In this document: positions 50,344 through 60,157 of the stretch, one piece after another
Numbering within the stretch: position 1 is the first letter of the stretch
Layout: every line of letters starts with the position of its first letter
Source: an uncultured Acidobacteriota bacterium
GTDB lineage: Bacteria; Acidobacteriota; Terriglobia; Terriglobales; Acidobacteriaceae
Assembly: GCA_963850585.1 (NCBI GenBank)
Contig: CAWKLW010000015.1
Span: 489,728-553,727 of the forward strand
Direction: 5' to 3'
DNA: 64,000 nt
Position numbers and translations under genes: made by a program
Notes under the pieces: model-generated
Seen by the model: only the letters and a program-made list of their open reading frames with translations
Databases searched by the model: none
Told to the model about the DNA's origin: nothing

Positions 50344-51781
50344 TCACGCAGGCGTTTCCCAATAGTATCCTTCTTCGCCATGTTGCGAGAGATCCAGTCC
50401 TTGCCGTTCTTCCTCCTCCGAGACTCGTAAGCCGATGGTCACGTCGACGATCTTGAGAATCACCAGCGTGCCCACAATGGCGAGACCCCATGAGATCGCG
50501 ACACCCACCAACTGATTCAGCAACTGGTGGGCATTGCCTTCCAGCAGGCCCGAGGGCAAGGGATTTCCCTGGGCATCTTTGAAGATTGGATTGACGCTTG
50601 CGACAGCGAAGACCCCGGTCAGGATCGCTCCCAGGGTACCGCCTGCGCCATGAACGCCGAAGGCGTCAAGGGAGTCGTCATATCCGAATTTTGCTTTCAC
50701 CTTGGCGACCATCCAGTAGCAGAACACCCCTGCGATCAATCCGATGAGCAAGGCGGACATGGGCTTGACGAATCCGGATGCTGGAGTAATTGCCACCAGC
50801 CCGGCAACGGCGCCGGAGATTCCACCAAGCACGCTGGGCTTGCCGTTGCGAATCCACTCGGCACCCGCCCATCCGATTGCGGCGGCGGCGGAGGCAAAAT
50901 GTGTGGCTACGAATGCGCTGGTCGCAAGGCTTCCTGCCGCCAGCGCGCTGCCCGCGTTGAATCCGAACCACCCTACCCATAGCAGGCAGGCTCCGATGAA
51001 ACTGAGAACAACACTGTGCGGAGGCATGGACTCTTTCGGATAGCCGACGCGCTTGCCCAGGTAGATGGCGCAAACCAAAGCCGAAACTCCAGACGTGATG
51101 TGAACCACGGTTCCGCCGGCGAAATCAAGTGTCGGAAATCTTCCTCCGAGAGCGGCATTCAGCAATCCCCCCTTGCCCCAAACCATGTGAGCCATCGGGT
51201 CATAGACGAAGATGGACCACAAAACAGTGAACGCCACCATGGCGCTGAATTTCATGCGCTCGGCAAAAGCTCCCGCGATCAGGCCCGGGGTAATAATGGC
51301 GAACATCAACTGGTACACCATGAAAGTTTGGGCGGGAATGGTTGCGGCATAATCGCCATCTGGCGCGGAACCTACGCCGTTCAGGAACAGATTGTGGAAG
51401 CCGCCGATGAAGCCATTGCCCGGCGCCAAAACAAAAGCTGTAGCTAAACAGCCCCCACAGCACGGTGATGATCGCCATCAGCGCGAAGCTCTGCATCATC
51501 GTGCCCAGCACATTTTTCTTGCGGACCAGGCCCGCGTAAAACAGCGCCAGGCCGGGGCCAGTCATCATGAGTACCAGAGCGGAACTGGTCAGCATCCATG
51601 CGTTGTCGGCAGAACTCTTGGCATCGGCGGTTTGCTGCTCCAGTCTGGCCAAGCGTGAGGCAGTGTCGGTCGCCGGGCTGGGCGCAGGCGCGCCGCCACT
51701 TTGAGCGCATACGAACTGCGCCAGAAAAATCATGACTACGGCGGTCAACAGGCATTCGACCACCCTTTTGCGGTTAGGCAC
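50344..51781 (-). pseudogene. amtB: ammonium transporter, one frameshift
   Basis: N-terminal ORF 51200-51781 reads signal, then ...NAWMLTSSALVLMMTGPGLALFYAGLVRKKNVLGTMMQSF...LFSYSF. It continues in ORF 50344-51429 (APGNGFIGGF...GAFAERMKFSAMVAF...FGVHGAGGTLG). The frame switch is at about 51430-51445. Confidence 0.85.
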
Positions 51782-51899
51782 TACTGTGGCTCCCCGTTGG
51801 CGGATTCGGTTTCACTCGCAATCGAAGACGCATCAATGTAACGTTCAGCGGGGCTGGGCGGAAATCGAAACTATTTATGCGGCCTATCAGGTTTTGTTA

Positions 51900-53974
51900 T
51901 CAAATTCGAGGGCATTCCCCCAAAACTTGAATTGCACTCCGGTGCATGCGACGAGGCGGTTGGGCCGCTACCGGCTTGCCGAATAAAGGGGAGGAAATCG
52001 TGCCAATGTAGGTCACGTAATTGGGATGATTCAAGACATTGAAGGAATTCAGAGACAGCGACAGCACTTTCGATTCTTTCTTTCCCTTCGAGAGCATGAA
52101 GTCGTGCGAGAGATTCAGATCCAGATCGATCGTGCCCGGGCCGGCCATGGTATTGCGCGGCACCTGCGCCGGACGATCATTGAGAATGCCATCATGATTG
52201 TTGTCGCCGCCCGGTCACGATATTCACCGGCTGTCCTGAATACAACGAAAGCGCAACGCCGAAAGGTGAAGAACCGCGTCGGCTGCGTGGATGCGAGCAG
52301 ATCGAATTTGTGCAGGCGGTCTTTATCAGAGCGGCCCCAATCGGCGGCTGCGTTGTAGCTGTTCTCGGGAAACCAGGTGATGCCGCTGGTGTTGTTGTCG
52401 GTGCGATTGAGGGTGTACTGGACCTGCCCGGAGAAATACTTGTTCAGCTTTGCCGCGGTAGGTCAGTTCCAGAGCGTTGCCCTTCAGATATCCCTCGGAC
52501 TGCATCTCCCGCACTTGTCCCAGGTTCGGATTGGGTCGGACCCAATTGCCGCTGACGAGTATGGGGGCGTTGGCGTCAATGGAACGGAATGAGCCGATGC
52601 CCCGATTGCCGATGTAAGTCGCGCTGAACGTGGTCTTCGCGGTCACCTGCCGCTCGATCCCGATGCTGTACTGCAGCGCGTAAGGAATCCGGGCGCGAGG
52701 ATCGAGCACGGCCACGCTGACCGGCGTCTGGGCCAGCGCAGCCGGAGTGATCGGGTACGTAACCTGCGGTGGATCGACGATGAAGCGCAACAGGTTCACG
52801 CCGTTGAAGTGCAGCAGATCTCCGATGGGACTCGGGCCGGTGCGGTCGTAAAACACTCCGCCGCCTCCCCGGACTCACGGTCTTGCCCTTTCGAGATGGG
52901 GCCCAGGCGAAACTACCCGCGGCGCAAAATTGTTGGGATCATCGTGGAAATAGTTTTGCCAGTAGTAGCGCATTCCGAGATAGAGGGAAAAGTTGGAAGC
53001 ACGCGGATGTCGTCTTCAAAGAATCCGCAAAGCACTTTTTCCAGGAACGTGAGTGACCTCGGCCAGTCTGCAGGAAATAGGTGGAAGGACTGGCAGAGGA
53101 GAAATCCGCCGCGCTCTCGAAGGTGTAGGCGCCGCCGCGATTGGTGAAATCATCCAGGCCGCGGCGGCTGATATCCGGCACATCAATGCCGAAGCTGATC
53201 TGGTGCTTGCCGTTGGCATAGTCGCAAAATCGGTGCCGTCGAAGTGATACTCCGTGCGGCGGGAATCCGCCTGCGCTCCACCGGCGGTGAAAAGCCCCTG
53301 GTGCAGCCAGTGCGACGAGATCTGGTGGAGATACTGACGTTGATTTCGTGTTCGAGAAAGCGTGTCGTTGCGGCGCTGGGAAGGACGGGCCTCCAACTCC
53401 TGATTTTGCGAGAGCGATGCTCGTAGGAGTAGCCGATCCAGAACTGGTCGCCATTGGCGAGATCGTGAAAGACACGTCCCGAGCCGAAGAAGTGGTGCGT
53501 GGGATTGGGAACGCTCTGGGTGATGGGGCCGAAGCCCAGCGCTTCGGCTGCCGAGAGCGCGCTCGGATCGACGATTGCCTGCTGATCGAGCAGATCGTCG
53601 TCGAGAGCCAGCAGGAAGCTGGTGCGTTTGCTGTGGCCTAAAGGCCCGGTCACAGATCCTTCGTAGTACTGGCGACGCTCCGGCGGCTTCACCAGCGCGA
53701 AGGCATTGCTGGCGTCGAAGACGGAATCGCGAAACATAAAATTCAACGAGCCGTGATAATTGGGAGTGCCGCCTTTGGTGATGATTTCCAGCCGGGCGCG
53801 ACCTGGCCGCGAAAATCGCGCGGAGTAGGGATTGTTGTTGATCCTGACTTCCTGCACGGCGGATGGCGTCACGCCGGGCCCGTTGGCTTCCATGCCATTG
53901 ACCACCAGCGTCACTCCATTGGTTCCGATCGCGTTGTCGTCGAGAAAGTTCCTCGGGCCTGGCAACTGAATCAT
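51900..53974 (-). pseudogene. TonB-dependent receptor fragment: 5'-truncated and multiply frameshifted
   Basis: ORF 53183-53974 begins inside the plug (NAIGTNGVTLVVNGMEANGPGVTPSAVQEVRINNNPYSARFSRPGRARLEIITKGGTPNYHGSLNFMFRDSVFDASNAF). There is no signal peptide or CarboxypepD_reg domain upstream. The barrel continues through ORFs 52326-52856 and 51900-52163 (...NVLNHPNYVTYIGTISSPLFGKPVAAQPPRRM...) with gaps in other frames. Confidence 0.7.
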
Positions 53975-54100
53975 GCCTCAGTTTGCTACCTACGGTCTTT
54001 GCCCTATATGCGGGTACATGAAACGCCTGAGATACTTTGATCACATTTTGAACTTCCAGCGCAAACATTGCTGCCGGGGAATTGTGGAGAGTAAAGATCC

Positions 54101-54376
54101 GTGTCTTCGAAAAAGAATAAAGCCAGCACTACGCTCCCAGGCAGAGTCGAAAAAGTGATCCGTCCTCACCCTCAGACCGGGGAACCGGAAAAGGCCCAAA
54201 TTGCGGTCGAGGGCGCCGACCATCTCTACCGTGAGATTCGAGTCCCCAACACGCTCGAAAATGAAAACGGCGAGAAGGTCAAACTCAAAGAAGGCGCCGA
54301 GGTCGATGTAAAGATCGAAGCTGATGCGCTTGTAACGAGCAGCGGAGACGGCGGCAAGGCGCAGCGTCCGCTCTGA
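54101..54376 (+). CDS. small hypothetical protein (91 aa)
   Basis: GTG-start ORF with hydrophilic composition (…KAQIAVEGADHLYREIRVPNTLENENGEKVKLKEGAEVDVKIEAD…). No family recognised. Confidence 0.4.
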   Translation: MSSKKNKASTTLPGRVEKVIRPHPQTGEPEKAQIAVEGADHLYREIRVPNTLENENGEKVKLKEGAEVDVKIEADALVTSSGDGGKAQRPL

Positions 54377-54394
54377 AGTTCGGCGAATTGCCGA

Positions 54395-55561
54395 TCATTT
54401 TCCCGGTGTTGCAGGTGGTGCGGGTTTCACGAACTTGGCATCGTCCACTGGGACGTTTTGTTGCACCTCGCTGACTTGAATGCTGAAGCGTCCGCTGGGC
54501 CGGGACAAGGTCCAGCGATACGGCACTTTCAGGCCGCTCACTTCGCGGTAGTCAGCATAGTCGATTTGTGTCGGAAGCAAACCCAGCGCGGTATCTCCAT
54601 AGCGAATCAATCGCACCAGTAAGCCGGATTGCTGATCGAAATAGAGATGAATCGGCGGCTTTCCTTCGCGCTGTCCGATCACCTGGTACGCCTCGTCATC
54701 GCCAATCTTGTCCGTTCCGCGTACTTTCATTTCCGTAAACATTGTTTTCAACTGTGTTGCCAGATGCAGGTTGGCATCGATTGAGGCTCCGTCCAGATCA
54801 CTGCCATGCATCTCGCGGATGGGGCGCCCCGGCGTACCCAGCCAGCCTTCGTGCCCGTTGAACGCCGTAACGCTGTCGCCTTCCGGCATATGGGTAAAAG
54901 AGATTCGCTCGTCTGGAGCCTTGCAGTAAATGTCGATGGGCAAAGATTTGCCACCGACATCAATCGCGCCCTTCATCACCCGCGTCGTAACTTTGTCGAT
55001 GGCAGCGAATCCTCCGAGCGCTTGCACATACTTCTCAAGTAATTGATCGGCAGTGGGCCCGGAGTTCTCTTTCGCTTCTGTTTGCGTTGCCTCAGCGTCT
55101 CCGTGCTGAGGCTGAGCGGCTGGGGTCTGCTCAGTCGCGACAGCGGGGATGGCCTGTGGATGCGCGTTTCCGCGATGGCACGAGTAGCACGTCACCTCGC
55201 GATGCCCTTCGAAGTTGTCTTTATTGATGGCGAACATCATCTCTATCATTTTGCGCGCCGTCTGCTTGGGTTTCTTGTCGTCCTTGTCGAAGGCCTTCGG
55301 TTCGTGACAAAAGTCGCATTCGACGCCCAATGATGCGCTGATGAACTGCATCGTGGGAATCAGTTGCTCGGCCGGAATGCCTTTGAGTACCTGGATGTTC
55401 TTGAATTGTTCTTCGGCTTTCTTCGTATTCGAGTTGGCGGGCGACACCGGCCCGGGCGCAGCATGGGGAGCTTGGGCCTTGTCCTGCTTGAGACTGATGG
55501 CTGATGCTGCGAGGACGGCGGCAACAACAAAAGCTGCGGACAAGCGGATGCGTTCGCTCAA
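54395..55561 (-). CDS. dihaem c-type cytochrome (reaction-centre cytochrome-c-subunit-like domain) fused to a C-terminal beta-rich domain
   Basis: It has a signal peptide, then FKNIQVLKGIPAEQLIPTMQFISASLGVECDFCHEP...ARKMIEMMFAINKDNFEGHREVTCYSCHRG. That gives two CxxCH motifs in the context typical of the RC cytochrome c subunit family. About 230 aa of unknown function follow. Confidence 0.65.
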   Translation of the reverse strand: MSERIRLSAAFVVAAVLAASAISLKQDKAQAPHAAPGPVSPANSNTKKAEEQFKNIQVLKGIPAEQLIPTMQFISASLGVECDFCHEPKAFDKDDKKPKQTARKMIEMMFAINKDNFEGHREVTCYSCHRGNAHPQAIPAVATEQTPAAQPQHGDAEATQTEAKENSGPTADQLLEKYVQALGGFAAIDKVTTRVMKGAIDVGGKSLPIDIYCKAPDERISFTHMPEGDSVTAFNGHEGWLGTPGRPIREMHGSDLDGASIDANLHLATQLKTMFTEMKVRGTDKIGDDEAYQVIGQREGKPPIHLYFDQQSGLLVRLIRYGDTALGLLPTQIDYADYREVSGLKVPYRWTLSRPSGRFSIQVSEVQQNVPVDDAKFVKPAPPATPGK

Positions 55562-55597
55562 CCTGGACCCCTCCTGAGAAAAAGCAGTCTACCAGTT

Positions 55598-57430
55598 TCA
55601 AGGCCGGTTGCTGTAGACGTACTTGCCCGAAACCTCGGCCACAACAGAGCGCTGCGGCAGCATCGCATCGACTTTGGATTTGAGATGCGGGGGGACAAAC
55701 AGGAAGATGCGGCCGCGGCTGTTCCATGCCTGCAGCAAGTCGGAATCAGAAAGATAGATGTGCGGTGCGTCTGGGAAGGTGGAACCAAACCACATGGAAG
55801 TGGTTCGTCCTTCGACCAACTCGATCGGGCGTTGCAGATAAACCAATAGAGAGGATCCAAAGGCCTGGTCGCCGTAGATCATGACGCGATCTCCGGGTTG
55901 TTGCCGCGCGGAGATCCTCTCGGCCAGATCTTTGGACGACAGGTAGGGTCCAAAACGTCCCAAAGCGATATGGGCCGCCACCAGGAACACAGCCATCCCC
56001 AGGCCCAACATCCAGGTTGCAGCGTAGTGCCTTCGGCGAAGACGAAGAAAGAAGGAGGTAGCTGGGGCAATCAGCAGCGCGATCGCCGCCAGCGCTGCCG
56101 GAAGGCGCAGAGCCGCAAACGACGCATAGCTCAAGTCGAGCATGTGCGAGGTCGAGAGCGTGTCCGTTGCCATGTCGTGGTTTGCGAGGACGGTTCCAAT
56201 ATCCGGCTCAAAGGGCAACTGGCGTGACTGCCATAGCAGAGTCAGCAAAGTAATGCCGGCGGCAACTCCGATCGCAGCGATGACTCCAGCCGAGACCGTG
56301 AGCCATCCTTCACCCTTGCGTGTGTCGCATTCGCTGCGTTCGTAATGGCTGATGGCCTCTGCCAATAACATTAGCAGCGGGAAGTAGGCGGGAAGCGTGT
56401 AGTACTCCTGGTTGGTGGAGACGGCGAAGAAAATCAGCACCAACCCCGCGAGGATGTAGCACATCAATCGCGTGCGATCCTGAAAGTTGGACCTGTTTCT
56501 TCGAGTCGCTATCGCGGTTCGAATCGCCGCCGGAAGATAAAAGCTCCACGGAAACAGCCATACCAGATGCAAGGACCAGTACAGCGCCCAGGGAAGCTTG
56601 TTGTAGTCGCGCGGGTAGCGCTTGCCCAGAAATCTAAGGAAGTGCTCGTTGACGAAGTAAAACCAGAAAAATCCGTGTCCCCCCTGTCCGCCCGTGTTGC
56701 GGAGCCCGGCGAGAATGTGCCAAGGCGCGGCGATCACCAGGAACAGAAGAAAGCCGGAAGCCAGGCGGAACTCTCTCCAGCGGCGCCACTCTCCCGTGAT
56801 CAGAAGGTAGAAAAAAGCGGTGCCCGCCGGAAACACGAGTGCGATCAGGCCCTTGGTCAATATACCCAGGGCGATGCAGACATAACCCGCATACCACTTC
56901 CACGAAGGCCCGCGGTCTTCGAGCGCGGATGACCAGAAATAAAGTGATGCGGCGATCAGCAGGCTTAGCAGGACGTCCGGAATGAGAATGCGGGTAAAAA
57001 GAAACACTCCCGCTGCGGTGTAGACGAAAAGGCCGGCGTAGATTCCAGCGCGTTCGCCAAAGGCGCGCGTACCCCAGACGATGGACAGAATCCCCAGCAG
57101 CATGACGGAGAACGCCATGGGCAAGCGAGTCGCAAACTCGTTGACCCCGAAGAGGTGATAACTGGCCGCAACCAGCCAATAAGGCAGAGGAGCCTTCTCC
57201 AGATAACGCACGCCGTTGATGTGCAGGGTGACGTAGTCGCCGTTTACGTACATCTCGCGGGCGGCCTCGGCGTGGCTGCTATCGGCATCATCGAGCAGCG
57301 GGGGCGAAAACAGGCTTCCCAGGTACACGGCGGCAAACACCAGTGCCAACGCCCAGTACGAGGCCGTCCGCAGCCGCGGTGAGACCTGCACTGTCTTTTC
57401 AGGAATCGGTGGGGTAGAAATGGCGCTCAA
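55598..57430 (-). CDS. GT39/ArnT-type glycosyltransferase (dolichyl/undecaprenyl-phosphate-sugar dependent, PMT-like)
   Basis: Intact 610-aa polytopic ORF. The N-terminal loop reads LFSPPLLDDADSSHAEAAREMYVNGDYVTLHINGVRYLEKAPLPYW, with the DD/E motif and first-loop signature of GT-C family 39/83 enzymes. Confidence 0.7.
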   Translation of the reverse strand: MSAISTPPIPEKTVQVSPRLRTASYWALALVFAAVYLGSLFSPPLLDDADSSHAEAAREMYVNGDYVTLHINGVRYLEKAPLPYWLVAASYHLFGVNEFATRLPMAFSVMLLGILSIVWGTRAFGERAGIYAGLFVYTAAGVFLFTRILIPDVLLSLLIAASLYFWSSALEDRGPSWKWYAGYVCIALGILTKGLIALVFPAGTAFFYLLITGEWRRWREFRLASGFLLFLVIAAPWHILAGLRNTGGQGGHGFFWFYFVNEHFLRFLGKRYPRDYNKLPWALYWSLHLVWLFPWSFYLPAAIRTAIATRRNRSNFQDRTRLMCYILAGLVLIFFAVSTNQEYYTLPAYFPLLMLLAEAISHYERSECDTRKGEGWLTVSAGVIAAIGVAAGITLLTLLWQSRQLPFEPDIGTVLANHDMATDTLSTSHMLDLSYASFAALRLPAALAAIALLIAPATSFFLRLRRRHYAATWMLGLGMAVFLVAAHIALGRFGPYLSSKDLAERISARQQPGDRVMIYGDQAFGSSLLVYLQRPIELVEGRTTSMWFGSTFPDAPHIYLSDSDLLQAWNSRGRIFLFVPPHLKSKVDAMLPQRSVVAEVSGKYVYSNRP

Positions 57431-57572
57431 TCCGAGTGTTCCCGTTCAAGTGTTACAGAGGAAGCGCTTGGCTCGCAAATGCGAAGCCCACCACAGCGGA
57501 CCTCGAGGCACACAGGGAAGTTCCTGTGAGCCTATGTGCCCCCTGTGTGGTGAGTTTTTGACTTGGTCGCGG

Positions 57573-58898
57573 CTACGGGCGCTTTGCGGGGATCGACAGG
57601 GCTCCTCGCTCGAAGAATTGCCACTTATCCATTTCCGCCGGGATGGCGACATCGAAGAATCCCACCATCATTTCATCGGATGTCTGATCCCCCCATGTGA
57701 CCGTTTTAGTGGGATCAGGGTTATGCGGATTGTTCTTCGAATTGTCATACCAGGCGATGGCGCGCAGCTTGGTTCCCGCCTTCATCAACCGCGGTTCCGC
57801 GAGGCGATAGCTTAATTGCCAGTGAAAGTGATAGTTGACGCGCAGCAGAACCTCGATGCTGCCGTCATCGTGCACGACGTCATACTCGAAGCGCTTACCC
57901 CGGAGATGCATGTGGGGGAACAGGCTGAGCAGTGTGGCATCGTGCGGCAGAGTGCCCTGCACCTCGACTCGGAAATTGTCCGCACCCGGAGGGATGATCA
58001 GCGCATGATTATTTAACTGCAATGTGACTACACGCTGCTTTGGCGGCGTCTTTGCGAAGCCTATTCCGATACTGGTTCGATCCTCATCCGGGGTTCCATT
58101 GGTCGTGTAATGCATCTGGAAAACGAGGTCTGAGCCTGCTGGAACGAATTTCGCCATGCCGTCCGGCCATTGATCGGGCGAACTTCCGGGCGCATAAACC
58201 AGCAAGAGGTCGCTGGTGGTTTCGTGCGCCTGCCGCTGTTCCATCGGATCGCTCAGGGTAGAGGCTGTGAAGGGCACGCCTATCGGCGCATGCCGCAACC
58301 ACTCGGAGTTCGGGGAGCGGATGTAGACCACCGCGTGATGCACGTGCGCCGGACTGCCGGGCCGAAACTCCGACATCTGCACCCAGCGGTCTTGCGCGAA
58401 GTGGGTGGGCACGATTTCGTAGGTGTATTCGACCTCGCCGTGAGCCGGCAGGGGCACGGGTTGCGGCATCGTGACGACCAGGTCTGGCTTGGGGATGTTC
58501 CAGCCTTCCGTCCACTTTCGTGCTGGGGGAGCATCGTGCGAATCTCCGGAAGGAGCACCTGCTTTGGCCCACGAGGAGAGGGTGGCGATTTCGGATTCAG
58601 TGAGTGACAGATCGTTCGCAAAATGCCCATAGCGCGGATCCGCGAACCAGGGCGGCATCATCTTCATCTCCACCGCGTGGGCGATGGCGTTTGCCGAGGG
58701 GCGAGTCTGCTCATACGTGACCAGCGGCATCGGCGCCACTTCTCCCGGGCGATGACAACTCTGGCAATGGTTCTGCAGGATGGGCAGTATGTCACGATAG
58801 AACGTGGGCGGGGAGGTCTTCTGCGTGTGCTTCGTTTCAGGCGCCTGCAGAATGAACATTGCAGCTGAGACTATGGCCAGCACTGCCGCAATTCTCAC
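57573..58898 (-). CDS. fusion of a PSCyt1-type c-haem domain with a PHM/DBH-like copper type II monooxygenase fold
   Basis: It has a signal, then FYRDILPILQNHCQSCHRPGEVAPMPL (planctomycete-cytochrome-c-type CxxCH domain). The candidate copper ligands are spaced as in peptidylglycine monooxygenase: AHVHHAVVY ... VFQMHYT (H,H...H), then LFPHMHLRG ... TSDEMMVGF (HxH...M). Confidence 0.6.
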   Translation of the reverse strand: MRIAAVLAIVSAAMFILQAPETKHTQKTSPPTFYRDILPILQNHCQSCHRPGEVAPMPLVTYEQTRPSANAIAHAVEMKMMPPWFADPRYGHFANDLSLTESEIATLSSWAKAGAPSGDSHDAPPARKWTEGWNIPKPDLVVTMPQPVPLPAHGEVEYTYEIVPTHFAQDRWVQMSEFRPGSPAHVHHAVVYIRSPNSEWLRHAPIGVPFTASTLSDPMEQRQAHETTSDLLLVYAPGSSPDQWPDGMAKFVPAGSDLVFQMHYTTNGTPDEDRTSIGIGFAKTPPKQRVVTLQLNNHALIIPPGADNFRVEVQGTLPHDATLLSLFPHMHLRGKRFEYDVVHDDGSIEVLLRVNYHFHWQLSYRLAEPRLMKAGTKLRAIAWYDNSKNNPHNPDPTKTVTWGDQTSDEMMVGFFDVAIPAEMDKWQFFERGALSIPAKRP

Positions 58899-59062
58899 GA
58901 CCGCAGGAACTCCAAGGTTAACGCCAAAGATTGGCAGCTTATCCCGTTTTTCTCTGCACCATTAGACATCGCGCAGTACCTTTCTTCCCTGCTAGTCTCG
59001 CACAAACCGCAGAGCCTCGGGCGCAGCACATTTCTTCGTAAAAATGCTACAGTCAACAGTTC

Positions 59063-60157
59063 ATGTCTGCCCCCAATAGCATCTTTGTGCGCGCCTGCAA
59101 ATCGCAACCGGTGGAACGGACGCCGGTGTGGTTTATGCGACAGGCCGGGCGCTATATGGCTGAATACCGGGCCGTGCGCAAGCAGTATTCTCTGTTAGAA
59201 ATTTGCAAGAAGCCTGCGCTTGCGGCCGAGGTGACGATCACCGCGGCCGAGATCCTGGGCGTCGATGCCGCCATTATTTTTGCGGACCTGCTGCTGCCGC
59301 TCGAAGTCATGGGGCTGCCCTTTCACTTTTCCGCCGGGGAAGGCCCGGTCATTGAAATGCCGGTTCGCTCGAAGGCCGATATCGATCGCCTGCGCACGGA
59401 TCGTGCCGGCGAACTGGGCTACGTTTCGGAGGCGGTCGCGCTCGTGGCGAAGCATTTCGCCGGACGCGTTCCCGTCATCGGATTCTGCGGCGCGCCTTTT
59501 ACTCTGGCCAGCTACATGATTGAAGGCGGCGGCTCGCGCAACTACATTCATGCCAAGAAGATGATGTACAACCATCCCAGCGACTGGGACGCGCTGATGC
59601 AGAAATTGGTTGCGGTCACGGCGGCTTATTCCGCCGAGCAGGTCAAAGCTGGCGCGGACGCGCTGCAGATTTTCGACAGCTGGGTAGGATGCCTGAGCGT
59701 CGAAGACTACCGCCGTTACGTCCTGCCGCACGTCATCGGCATGGTCAAGCTCCTGCGCGAGACGGGAGTGCCCATCATCTATTTCGGAACGGATAGCGCC
59801 ACGCTGCTACCCGCCATGAAAGAGACTGGCGCGGACGTCATCGGCCTCGACTGGCGTATTCCTCTGGACGAAGGCTGGTCGCGGCTCGAACACGCCACCG
59901 CCGTGCAAGGCAATCTCGATCCCGTACTGCTGTTTGCCGAGTGGGATGAGTTGAAGTCCCGCGCGCAAAACATCCTGGAGAAAGCTGCCGGCCGCGCCGG
60001 ACACATCTTCAACCTGGGTCACGGAATTCTTCCCGAGACTCCGGTCGAACACGTAAAGGATCTGGCGCGTTTGGTTCAGGAATACTCCGCCAGCTCGGGT
60101 TCTCCCTCAGTTGCCTCCGCAGGAGGAAAGCCGAAAAACGGAAGCCGCAGCTCATGA
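59063..60157 (+). CDS. hemE: uroporphyrinogen decarboxylase
   Basis: Intact ORF with the blocks TPVWFMRQAGRYMAEYR and ...IFNLGHGILPETP. Confidence 0.9.
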   Translation: MSAPNSIFVRACKSQPVERTPVWFMRQAGRYMAEYRAVRKQYSLLEICKKPALAAEVTITAAEILGVDAAIIFADLLLPLEVMGLPFHFSAGEGPVIEMPVRSKADIDRLRTDRAGELGYVSEAVALVAKHFAGRVPVIGFCGAPFTLASYMIEGGGSRNYIHAKKMMYNHPSDWDALMQKLVAVTAAYSAEQVKAGADALQIFDSWVGCLSVEDYRRYVLPHVIGMVKLLRETGVPIIYFGTDSATLLPAMKETGADVIGLDWRIPLDEGWSRLEHATAVQGNLDPVLLFAEWDELKSRAQNILEKAAGRAGHIFNLGHGILPETPVEHVKDLARLVQEYSASSGSPSVASAGGKPKNGSRSS

